NCBI GenBank assembly: GCA_964468505.1
Contig: CAYXTY010000003.1
Coordinates: 1 to 33,709, forward strand
Length of the DNA: 33,709 nucleotides
Direction: 5' to 3'
DNA from: an uncultured Gammaproteobacteria bacterium
GTDB taxonomy: Bacteria > Patescibacteriota > Microgenomatia > Levybacterales > UBA12049
The translations under genes were made by a program, and so were the position numbers. Shown here piece after piece: positions 18,463 through 26,732 of this stretch (its first letter is position 1; every line of letters starts with the position of its first letter). The notes beneath the pieces were generated by a model. That model saw only the letters and a program-made list of their open reading frames with translations, ran no database searches and had not been told where the DNA came from.

Positions 18463-19620
18463 ATGCATCAAAACATAAAACTTCTCTCATGGTTTAATTT
18501 TTTTATAGACTTCAGGTTTTATGCGCCAATTGCAATTCTTTATTTTGCGCAAATTTCGGGGTCATTTGCATTAGGGATGAGTGTTTTCTCAATTGTCACT
18601 ATCTCTTCAGCACTCTTAGAAATTCCAACAGGAATTTTTTCAGACAGAATTGGAAGACACAGAACTTTAATTTTAGGTTCAATTGCAGGGTTAGTATCAA
18701 TGATATTTTATGCAGCTGCGGATACTTTTACGGTTTTAGTAATTGGATCAATTTTTCAGGGGTTAGCAACAGCATTTTATAGCGGAAATAATGATGCATT
18801 AATTCATGACAGTCTTTCTGAGAATAATGAAGAGGGAAGATTTGGTGAATTCTATGGAAAAATAGGAAAAATGTCCCAAATCGCTTTAGGAATTTCTGCT
18901 GCGATTGGTGTTGTTTTACTTCTTATTGGCTCATTTTCTCTATTGGTTTGGTTATCTATAATGCCGCAAGTAATTTGTGTTTTAATTTCATTTTTTGTTA
19001 AAGAGCCAAGAGTACATTCGAATAGGTCGGGAAATATCTACAATCATTTGAAAGAAGCATTTCTTGGATTTAAGCATAATCCAAAACTTAGACTCATAAG
19101 TCTATCCTCGATTATTGGTTACGGATTTGGAGAAGCGAATTATCAATTTCAGGCAGCAATTTACAGTATGGTTTGGCCTGCGTGGGCAATTCCGATTGCA
19201 AAAATATTTTCTAATTTCGGGGCCGCTATAAGTTTTCATTTTAGTAATAAAAATATTAAAAGATTTGGTGAATTAAAGATGTTAGTGATAGGCAATATTT
19301 ATAGTAGGGCTGCAAATTCGATTGGTGCAATATACCCGACAATTTTTAGTCCTATCATAATGTCTACGACATCCCTTTTTCTTGGTTCAACAGTGGTCGC
19401 AAAAAATTCAATCATGCAAAAAGAATTCAAGCAAGAGCAGCGCGCGACCATGGGCTCACTTGAATCATTCGCTGGGAGTATGTTCTTTGGATTGGTAGCA
19501 TTTTTACTTGGTTTTACTGCAGATAAATTATCACCGGCAGCAGCGATTTTAATTTTACAAGGATTTCAATTGAGTAGTCTTTTTATATTTTATAGATTCT
19601 CCAAACTTCAAGAAAATTAA
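18463..19620 (+). CDS. MFS transporter
   Basis: 385 aa, about 12 TM helices, with a GIFSDRIGRHRT loop (MFS motif A-like). Confidence 0.75.
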   Translation: MHQNIKLLSWFNFFIDFRFYAPIAILYFAQISGSFALGMSVFSIVTISSALLEIPTGIFSDRIGRHRTLILGSIAGLVSMIFYAAADTFTVLVIGSIFQGLATAFYSGNNDALIHDSLSENNEEGRFGEFYGKIGKMSQIALGISAAIGVVLLLIGSFSLLVWLSIMPQVICVLISFFVKEPRVHSNRSGNIYNHLKEAFLGFKHNPKLRLISLSSIIGYGFGEANYQFQAAIYSMVWPAWAIPIAKIFSNFGAAISFHFSNKNIKRFGELKMLVIGNIYSRAANSIGAIYPTIFSPIIMSTTSLFLGSTVVAKNSIMQKEFKQEQRATMGSLESFAGSMFFGLVAFLLGFTADKLSPAAAILILQGFQLSSLFIFYRFSKLQEN

Positions 19621-19669
19621 TCTTACGAATTGCTTACATAATTTAGCATTTTGTTTAATAAATATTTTC

Positions 19670-19675
19670 TAATAT
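19670..19675 (+). promoter_or_regulatory. -10 box for leaderless gene 19682
   Basis: TAATAT 19670-19675, then 6 nt to the ATG. No good -35. Confidence 0.3.
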
Positions 19676-19681
19676 AGGTTT

Positions 19682-19963
19682 ATGACAGACACAAAGAAAA
19701 AAGAAATTGTAAATCCATTAGCAGCGGCAGTGACAGGAGCAGCACTTGGAGCTGGAGTTGCGATCGCTGGAGCAATAGCACTAAAAGATGAGAAAAATCG
19801 TAAAAAAATAAAAGGCGTTTTAAATGATTTAAAAAGTAGGGGAGAAGAAGTTAGAGATGATATGAATAAAAATGCAGGAAAAAAAGTAGAAGAAATTAAA
19901 GATAAGGCTGAAGAGATTAAAGATGAAGCGGAAGAAAAAGATCCAAAAAAATTATCCTCTTAA
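19682..19963 (+). CDS. YtxH-like small protein (one Gly/Ala-rich helix plus a Lys/Glu-rich tail)
   Basis: 93 aa. AAVTGAALGAGVAIAGAIAL is followed by a charged coil. Confidence 0.55.
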   Translation: MTDTKKKEIVNPLAAAVTGAALGAGVAIAGAIALKDEKNRKKIKGVLNDLKSRGEEVRDDMNKNAGKKVEEIKDKAEEIKDEAEEKDPKKLSS

Positions 19964-21117
19964 ATTGAATTCAGTAAATTTTGAGCTTCTTTGAGATTTG
20001 AATTATACATCACAGCTTTTTGAAACTCCTGACGAGCGAGATCATTATTTCCTTGTTTTTGATAAATTTCTCCTCTTAATATATAGAGTTCGGAAAATGC
20101 TCGATTTTGATTGTTTAAAATCCTTTCGGTTATTTGCAGAACTCTCTCGTCATTTCCTAGTTCAAAATATGCGAGGATTGGGTCAATCTGATACCACAAA
20201 GTTCTAAATGAAAGAGCACTTTCAATCTTTTCAAATTCCTTTACAGATTTTTCATATTCTCCGAGTTTGTAATAAGCCACTGATAAATTAAATCCCGCGT
20301 CTGTGTCGTTTGGGTTTGCACTTAATTCTTTTAACGAATTCTCTTTTGCTTTTTCCCAAGCAACTTTTTCATCTAAATCTTCACCAATTATTCTTTCTGC
20401 AATTTCTTTTTTATCATTTGGAATTAAAACTAAATATTCATAATTAAATTTCTTCCAGATATCATCATAATCTGCATATGAGTATTCGAGATCTTTTCCC
20501 TGAAGTGAATCATCTTGAATAAAAATTCCTCGCGTTTCATCATAGCCTTTTATGATTCTATAATGCCCTATATCATCATCCTTTTTAAGCCAAGTTCTTG
20601 TGATAACAGGAATGTCATTAGCTATGAATTGTTTTACTAAATCATCATCGCCCATGGGTCTAAGGTATGGAGTGAGGCCATATTCTTTAGATTTTTCTGC
20701 AACCTCTTCAAGTGTTACTGACTTGTCATCGTTGTCTCCGCCTGGCACTTGGTAAGGCCTTAGGGCAAGACCAAGTTCCTGTTGGCTTACATTTACTCCA
20801 TAAAATCTAAGCGCCATAGAAAGAGCAGCGGGACCGCAGTTGTTAAAACTTTGGAAAACATGATAATTTCCATTTGAAAGAATCTTGGTTGATGGAATCG
20901 GAGGCAGAGTAGGAGAAGGAAGAATTTCTTTAACAATAGAAGGAGTATTCTCAACTATTACTTGCTTTGTCTGACTATTCAATAAATAAAAACCGGAAAT
21001 TCCAGCAAATATAATTATTGCTAAAAAAATTCCTGCGGCAAAATATTTCCTGCGGGAGGCGGGCTGAGTTGATTCACTTGTTTCTGTTTCTGCGATATTT
21101 TTGTTAAAATCGTCCAT
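19960..21117 (-). CDS. Membrane-anchored C39-like (papain-fold) peptidase domain with C-terminal TPR repeats
   Basis: 385 aa. TM helix at aa ~26-46. NNCGPAALSMALRFYG holds the catalytic Cys and DIGHYRIIKGYD the His. TPR-like repeats at the C-terminus. Confidence 0.75.
   Translation of the reverse strand: MDDFNKNIAETETSESTQPASRRKYFAAGIFLAIIIFAGISGFYLLNSQTKQVIVENTPSIVKEILPSPTLPPIPSTKILSNGNYHVFQSFNNCGPAALSMALRFYGVNVSQQELGLALRPYQVPGGDNDDKSVTLEEVAEKSKEYGLTPYLRPMGDDDLVKQFIANDIPVITRTWLKKDDDIGHYRIIKGYDETRGIFIQDDSLQGKDLEYSYADYDDIWKKFNYEYLVLIPNDKKEIAERIIGEDLDEKVAWEKAKENSLKELSANPNDTDAGFNLSVAYYKLGEYEKSVKEFEKIESALSFRTLWYQIDPILAYFELGNDERVLQITERILNNQNRAFSELYILRGEIYQKQGNNDLARQEFQKAVMYNSNLKEAQNLLNSI
21102..21110 (+). 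promoter_or_regulatory. Extended -10 promoter for the leaderless L,D-transpeptidase gene, inside the divergent gene's coding sequence
   Basis: TGtTAAAAT 21102-21110, then 7 nt to ATG 21118. Confidence 0.4.
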
Positions 21118-21723
21118 ATGAAAAAGAAAACATTAATTCTATCTATTCTTATTATATCTCTAATTCCCGTATTAGGTTTGTTAAATTTCCCTAATAAGGA
21201 AGTAAAAAGCGAGCAAATTAAAGCCCCTAAAACATCTCACTGGCTAATGCTTAATAGAAAATCAGGCATTGAAATTTTATATGAGGGAGTTCCAGGAGAC
21301 GCTAATAATAGCAAGATGCTCCGTCGCTTTCAAGTTAAGACAGGTGCATCCTGGAGCCCGACGCCTCTTCCAGAACTTGTAGGACGGGAATATTGGACTA
21401 TCATTAAAAAAGAATCTTCAATAGAAAATCCAGAAACTGCTCCATATTTTCTCCAGCTTGATATTCCTACGACTGATGAATGGCCATACGGACCAGTGCC
21501 ATATACAGAATGTTTGGATTTCAGTGGAAATTATATTCAGTGCGACTGGATTCTTCCTGGATATTTTGGATTGCATGGTATTGGAGGTAATGAATCGAAG
21601 CTTTCACTTGAAGATTGGGGGAGCTCGGGGTGTATTAGGCATAGAGATGAAGACATAACTTATTTGTTCCAGCTTTTAGATCCCGAGAAAGAAGAAATTA
21701 GATATTATATTGCCGACATTTAG
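21118..21723 (+). CDS. L,D-transpeptidase (YkuD domain)
   Basis: 201 aa. N-terminal signal/anchor. GLHGIGGNES...GSSGCIRHRD holds the catalytic His and Cys. Confidence 0.8.
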   Translation: MKKKTLILSILIISLIPVLGLLNFPNKEVKSEQIKAPKTSHWLMLNRKSGIEILYEGVPGDANNSKMLRRFQVKTGASWSPTPLPELVGREYWTIIKKESSIENPETAPYFLQLDIPTTDEWPYGPVPYTECLDFSGNYIQCDWILPGYFGLHGIGGNESKLSLEDWGSSGCIRHRDEDITYLFQLLDPEKEEIRYYIADI

Positions 21724-21730
21724 AGAACTT

Positions 21731-21739
21731 TGGTATAAT
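21731..21739 (+). promoter_or_regulatory. Extended -10 promoter for hydrolase paralog 2
   Basis: TGgTATAAT 21731-21739, then 8 nt to ATG 21748. Confidence 0.45.
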
Positions 21740-21747
21740 TTTATTTC

Positions 21748-22854
21748 ATGGAAGAAAAAGTAACTCCTCAGAATTCAGAAATCCCAACTTTAACCCCAGC
21801 CCAAAAAAGAAGAAAAATAATTTTATTGTTAGGAGCGTTAATTGGGATAAATGCTTTAGTTTTTGGTGGACTTTATTCTATAATTTCAAAAGGTGAATCG
21901 TCTGGAAAATTATCAAATATAAGCTCAGTTGTAGATCCAACTCCTACTCCATATCCATTTTCAGAAATTACTATTCCAGCACTTCGAGCAAGAAAATATA
22001 ATAGTAGTTTGAATGAACGGGAGCAAGTTTCCTCTAATGCAAACTACACAAGCTACTTAACTTCTTATGATTCGGATGGATTTAAGATAAATGGTTTACT
22101 TACAGTGCCTGTTGGAGAAGAACCAGCTGGGGGGTGGCCGGCGATAGTTTTTGTGCATGGTTACATTCCGCCATCTTTGTATACAACAGCCGGAAATTAC
22201 AGCTCTTATGTAGATTATTTAGCTCGTAATGGATTTGTGGTTTTTAAAATTGATTTAAGGGGACATGCAGACAGTGAAGGAGAAGCTGGAGGAGGATATT
22301 ATGGATCAGATTATATAGTGGATACCTTAAATGCTAGAGCTGCTCTTCAGGCAACCGACTTTGTTAATCCAGAAAAAGTGGGGCTTTGGGGGCATTCAAT
22401 GGCTGGAAATGTAATTACCCGCGCATTAGCCGCTGTACCAGATCTTCCTGCGATCGCAGTATGGGGTGGGGCAGTTTATACATATGAAGACATGCAAAAA
22501 TACGGAATTGATGATAATAGCTACAGGCCTCCAACTGACCAAAATATAAATAGGTCTAAGCGTCAGCAGTTAATGGACACGTATGGAGCATTTGATCCAA
22601 ATAATAATTTTTGGAAGCAAGTTCCATTCACGAATTATCTTGATGACATAACTGGGGCGATCTCTCTAAATCATGCAGTGGACGACCCAGTTGTAAATGT
22701 CGGATACAGTCGTGATTTAAATACTATTCTTGACGGCACAAATATTCCGCACGAATTAAATGAATATCAAAGTGGGGGACATAATTTTACAGGGAGTGCT
22801 TTTACCGAGGCTATGGAAAGAACAGTAGAATTTTATAAAAAATATTTAAATTAA
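21748..22854 (+). CDS. Membrane-anchored alpha/beta hydrolase (S9-like), paralog 2
   Basis: 368 aa. GGWPAIVFVHGYIPP, DLRGHADSEGEAGGGY and GHSMAG are collinear with 13958-14998. Confidence 0.8.
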   Translation: MEEKVTPQNSEIPTLTPAQKRRKIILLLGALIGINALVFGGLYSIISKGESSGKLSNISSVVDPTPTPYPFSEITIPALRARKYNSSLNEREQVSSNANYTSYLTSYDSDGFKINGLLTVPVGEEPAGGWPAIVFVHGYIPPSLYTTAGNYSSYVDYLARNGFVVFKIDLRGHADSEGEAGGGYYGSDYIVDTLNARAALQATDFVNPEKVGLWGHSMAGNVITRALAAVPDLPAIAVWGGAVYTYEDMQKYGIDDNSYRPPTDQNINRSKRQQLMDTYGAFDPNNNFWKQVPFTNYLDDITGAISLNHAVDDPVVNVGYSRDLNTILDGTNIPHELNEYQSGGHNFTGSAFTEAMERTVEFYKKYLN

Positions 22855-22858
22855 GATT

Positions 22859-22867
22859 TGTTATAAT
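22859..22867 (+). promoter_or_regulatory. Extended -10 promoter upstream of the flavin module
   Basis: TGtTATAAT 22859-22867. It would give a leader of about 50 nt. Confidence 0.35.
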
Positions 22868-22913
22868 AATTCAACTTATTTTAAGGTTCTTAAATTAATC
22901 TAAAATAGAGATA

Positions 22914-22920
22914 GGAGGTG
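22914..22920 (+). promoter_or_regulatory. Shine-Dalgarno site
   Basis: GGAGGTG, then 5 nt to ATG 22926. Confidence 0.7.
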
Positions 22921-22925
22921 AATAA

Positions 22926-23426
22926 ATGGAAGAAGAAACACAAAAAACTGGTATGAACAAAAACATGATCATGATTGGAATTGCGGTGGTAGTTATTATC
23001 ACAGCAGTTGCTATCGGAGGATTTGTTCTTACTAAAAATAAAGAGCAAGCAGTAGTCGAAACTCCACAGGACGAAACCGTAACTGGAGCTATGGAGGAGA
23101 CCAGCGAAGCGGGAACCACAGCTACATATAAAGATGGTACATACGAAGCAAAAGGCGCATACTCATATCATTCAGGAACAGAATCAATTGATGTAACTGT
23201 TACGCTTGCGAATGGAGTAGTAGAAGACGTAGAAGTTGTAGCGCAAGCTAAGGCGCCTATATCAAAAGAAAAACAAGCAGATTTCATCGCTAACTATAAA
23301 GAACAAGTTGTTGGAAAAAATATTGATGAAATAAATCTTGGTAAAATTTCTGGATCAAGTTTAACTCCAATTGGATTTAATGCAGCGATCGAAGATATTA
23401 AGGCACAAGCTCAAGCTAGTTCTTAA
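22926..23426 (+). CDS. Single-pass membrane protein with an FMN-binding (FMN_bind) domain, a likely ApbE substrate
   Basis: 166 aa. TM helix at aa ~14-36. YKDGTYEAKG starts the domain. ISGSSLT (nt 23349-23360 = SGSS) fits the [ST]G[AS][ST] flavinylation motif. Confidence 0.7.
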   Translation: MEEETQKTGMNKNMIMIGIAVVVIITAVAIGGFVLTKNKEQAVVETPQDETVTGAMEETSEAGTTATYKDGTYEAKGAYSYHSGTESIDVTVTLANGVVEDVEVVAQAKAPISKEKQADFIANYKEQVVGKNIDEINLGKISGSSLTPIGFNAAIEDIKAQAQASS

Positions 23427-23428
23427 TT

Positions 23429-24316
23429 ATGAATTCTTTTCAGCTGGCGTTTGAGGCAATCGGAACCCAATGGGTGATCGATTGTTTTAATTCGTCCAAA
23501 ACGCGGGAAGAAATCCTAGAAATTATTTCAAACAGAATTGAAGAGTTTGATAAAACATATTCCCGTTTTCGAAAAGATTCAATTGTATGGAAAATTTCTG
23601 AAAAAAAAGGCGAGTATAAATTTCCTCATGACTCAAAAGAATTATTTTCTCTTTACGAAAAACTTGAACTTATTACAAATAGTGCATTCACGCTTTTAAT
23701 TGGAAATACATTAGTTGAGGCAGGATACGATTCTGAATATAAGCTAAAGCCTCGGAAAATAAATAAACTACCTAAATCTTCTGAAATTTATTCATTTAAA
23801 TTTCCAGTATTAACTATTAAAAAACCATATGTTCTTGATTTCGGAGGACTTGGAAAAGGATATCTAATCGATATTATTTCAAAACTTTTACTTGAAAATA
23901 ATATAAATACTTTTACGATTGATGGCGGGGGAGATATTTATTATAAAAATGACGAAAAAGCATTATCAGTAGGGCTTGAACATCCAGGAAATTTTAAACA
24001 GGTCATAGGGATCGCAAAAATTAAAAATCAAAGTATCGCTGCATCTTCTGGAAATAGGAGATCATGGGATAGATTTCATCATATAATTGATGCAAATTCT
24101 TTAAAATCACCAGATAAAATTCTGGCAACATGGGTAGTTTCTAAGGATGCAGTTACTGCAGACGGATTAGCAACATGTTTGTTTTTTGCTTCACCTGATA
24201 AACTTTTGAAGTACTTTGATTTTGAATACTTAATTTTATATCCAGATTACTCATTTAAAAAATCAAAGAATTTTCCAGCAGAACTATTTATTCAAAAAGA
24301 AAATTTAGTACAATAA
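23429..24316 (+). CDS. apbE: FAD:protein FMN transferase (ApbE family), with no signal peptide or lipobox
   Basis: 295 aa. FGGLGKGYLID, IAASSGNRRSW, HHIIDA and TADGLATCLF blocks. The fold starts at residue ~5 (FEAIGTQW). Confidence 0.85.
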   Translation: MNSFQLAFEAIGTQWVIDCFNSSKTREEILEIISNRIEEFDKTYSRFRKDSIVWKISEKKGEYKFPHDSKELFSLYEKLELITNSAFTLLIGNTLVEAGYDSEYKLKPRKINKLPKSSEIYSFKFPVLTIKKPYVLDFGGLGKGYLIDIISKLLLENNINTFTIDGGGDIYYKNDEKALSVGLEHPGNFKQVIGIAKIKNQSIAASSGNRRSWDRFHHIIDANSLKSPDKILATWVVSKDAVTADGLATCLFFASPDKLLKYFDFEYLILYPDYSFKKSKNFPAELFIQKENLVQ

Positions 24317-24320
24317 TACT

Positions 24321-25826
24321 GTGAGAACAATTGATTCGTTTCTAAATAGTTTTACCACATATAGAGTTGTTCTTTATGGATTAATTTTTTTGTCTAGTAT
24401 TTCCATTTTCTTTTCAGGAATTGGAATTGTTCCCTTTCCGACAATTAACCTAGTTATAAGTTTGGTTCTAATTCTTGCCTCCTGTTTTATATCAAATTTT
24501 ATATATGCGAAAATTTTTAAAGTCCAGGTAAATGTTGAGTCGTTCGCGATTACGGGGTTAATTCTATTTTTAATTCTCACTCCTTATGAGCTGGGAAATT
24601 CTCCATTGAATCATATTTTATTTGCAACAATCGCAATGGGATCAAAATATGTTTTGGCAATCAATAAGAAGCATATTTTTAACCCAGCAGCTTTTGCGCT
24701 CGTTTTAATGGGTTTGTTTGGTGCCTATGAGGGAGAGTGGTGGATTGGAAATACATTCTTATTTCCATTTGTTTTACTGGTTGGAATTTTAATAGTTAGA
24801 AAAGTTAGAAAATTTACTCTTTTTATCTCATATTTTATCTTTGCAGTTATTTCAATTTCTCTTTTTGCTTTCTTAAATGGATCAGAAGTTGTAAATATTT
24901 TAAGTCAGGCAATCCCTTCATGGCCTCTTCTTTTTTTAGGAACGATAATGCTAACAGAGCCAATAACTATGCCGCCGAAAAGACGTCTTCAGATTATTTA
25001 TGGAGCACTGGTAGGTTTTCTAACAGGAGTGCAGTTCAATATTGGTCCTTTCTTTATGACTTCTGAAACAGCATTAATTCTAGGAAATATTTTTGCTTAT
25101 TTTGTTAGTTTTAGAAAAAGATTAGTTTTAGAATTTTCTGAAAAAATAAAACTTTCTCCAAATATTTATGAATTTGTATTTAAAAAATCTAAATCTTTTA
25201 ATTTTTTACCAGGTCAATATTTTGAATGGACATTAGGGCATCACCGGCCTGATTCTAGGGGAGTGAGGCGTTATTTTACGATTGCATCCAGCCCAACTGA
25301 AGAAAATTTAAAACTTGGTGTAAGAGTTGAGAATTTAAAAGGGAGCAGTTTTAAAAAATCACTTTTAAATTTAACTCCTGGACAAAAAATTTACGCAGGA
25401 AGTCTTTCCGGTGATTTTACTCTTCCAGAAAATAAAAATGAAAAATTGGTTTTCATTGCCGGGGGAATTGGAATAACTCCGTTTAGAAGTATGGCAAAAT
25501 ATATTGTAGATAAAAAAGAAAAAAGAGATATTGTTTTATTCTTTTCAAATTCGGAGCCTGAAAGCTTTATCTATAAAGATATCTTTAAAAATGCTCAAGA
25601 ATTTGGTTTGAAATTGGTTCCGGTGCTTTCAAAAAATTTTGAAAACTGGAATGGTTACAGGGGAAGATTGACTTCAGAAATAATAAAAAAAGAAGTACCA
25701 GGATTTACGGAAAGAACATATTATTTATCAGGGCCTATCGCAATGGTTGAATCATATAAAAAATTACTAAGTAAGCTTGGAATTAAGCCTCATAAAATCG
25801 TAACTGATTATTTTCCAGGGTTTTAA
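24321..25826 (+). CDS. RnfD/NqrB-like membrane domain fused to an FNR-type FAD/NAD(P)H oxidoreductase
   Basis: 501 aa, GTG start. aa 1-~265 are polytopic with KHIFNPAAF and MLTEPITMPP (RnfD/NqrB hallmarks). aa ~268-501 carry RRYFTIASSP (RxY[ST]) and FIAGGIGITPF. Confidence 0.8.
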   Translation: MRTIDSFLNSFTTYRVVLYGLIFLSSISIFFSGIGIVPFPTINLVISLVLILASCFISNFIYAKIFKVQVNVESFAITGLILFLILTPYELGNSPLNHILFATIAMGSKYVLAINKKHIFNPAAFALVLMGLFGAYEGEWWIGNTFLFPFVLLVGILIVRKVRKFTLFISYFIFAVISISLFAFLNGSEVVNILSQAIPSWPLLFLGTIMLTEPITMPPKRRLQIIYGALVGFLTGVQFNIGPFFMTSETALILGNIFAYFVSFRKRLVLEFSEKIKLSPNIYEFVFKKSKSFNFLPGQYFEWTLGHHRPDSRGVRRYFTIASSPTEENLKLGVRVENLKGSSFKKSLLNLTPGQKIYAGSLSGDFTLPENKNEKLVFIAGGIGITPFRSMAKYIVDKKEKRDIVLFFSNSEPESFIYKDIFKNAQEFGLKLVPVLSKNFENWNGYRGRLTSEIIKKEVPGFTERTYYLSGPIAMVESYKKLLSKLGIKPHKIVTDYFPGF

Positions 25827-25855
25827 AATAGTCCACTTTGATCCATTAAATTATA

Positions 25856-25885
25856 TTGACACCAAGTCCTTAATAAAGATATAAA
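25856..25885 (+). promoter_or_regulatory. Putative promoter of the WbqC-like/GH18 pair
   Basis: TTGACA 25856-25861, 18-nt spacer, TATAAA 25880-25885, then 10 nt to ATG 25896. Confidence 0.4.
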
Positions 25886-25895
25886 AGATAGACAA

Positions 25896-26732
25896 ATGAC
25901 AAAGGCCGGAAAGACAACAAAAACGAAGAGGTACTCCGGTATTCAGCCCCAGTATTTTCCAAGGCTTCATTATTTTGCAAGAATTTTAAATACTGACGTT
26001 TTTGCGATAAGAGATGAAGCTCAATTTGTGAGAAAACACAAATATCCTGATGGAGGGGTTGATAAATCTTATCAAGCTCACTCTCCAGTAAAACAGTCAT
26101 TCGGGAGATTTTTATTATCTATTCCAGTACATCATGAAGGCTTTATGCCAATTGTTTCAACGAAGATTGAAGATAGCTCTGAATGGGTTGAGGACCATTT
26201 GAAGACTTTTAAACTCGCTTACTCAAAAGCAGCACGTTTTGATGAGATCTTTCCAGAGTTAGAAAGCTTACTTAAAGTTAAATATAAAAATTTGGCGGAT
26301 TTAAATATCGCTACTACTTTATGGGGACTTACAAAAGTTATGGGAGTAAAAAAGTTTGATAAAGACATATTAAATATTGATAAAGTGGTGGAGCTATTAT
26401 CTAAAGATAAAATTATAAGACTTAAAGAAGTTAAAAGATCTTCAGAAAGTGAAAGTCTCAAGAATCCATCACTTAAAACAAATGAAAAAATAGTAGCACT
26501 GTGTAAAGAATACGGCGCAAGCGAGGACTTTTGTGGTGGAACTGCAGTTTCAGCATATGTCGACCATTCGTTGTTTGAGAATAATGGAATTACTATTAAA
26601 GTTCAGGATTGGAAATGTAAAGAATACCCGCAGTTGTTTAACAAGCAGCATGGTTTTATAGCAAACCTGTCTATACTAGACCTCCTGTTTAACGTGCCCG
26701 GTAATGAGGCACGCAAAATTCTTATTTCTTAA
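25896..26732 (+). CDS. WbqC-like family protein
   Basis: 278 aa. GIQPQYFPRLHYFARIL..DVFAIRDEAQF matches the WbqC N-terminal signature. Confidence 0.65.
   Translation: MTKAGKTTKTKRYSGIQPQYFPRLHYFARILNTDVFAIRDEAQFVRKHKYPDGGVDKSYQAHSPVKQSFGRFLLSIPVHHEGFMPIVSTKIEDSSEWVEDHLKTFKLAYSKAARFDEIFPELESLLKVKYKNLADLNIATTLWGLTKVMGVKKFDKDILNIDKVVELLSKDKIIRLKEVKRSSESESLKNPSLKTNEKIVALCKEYGASEDFCGGTAVSAYVDHSLFENNGITIKVQDWKCKEYPQLFNKQHGFIANLSILDLLFNVPGNEARKILIS

Noticed and set aside
22868-22913. Possible FMN riboswitch in the leader of the flavin module.
   Set aside because: The leader would be only about 50 nt and AT-rich with no conserved stems. That is far too short for an FMN (RFN) element.
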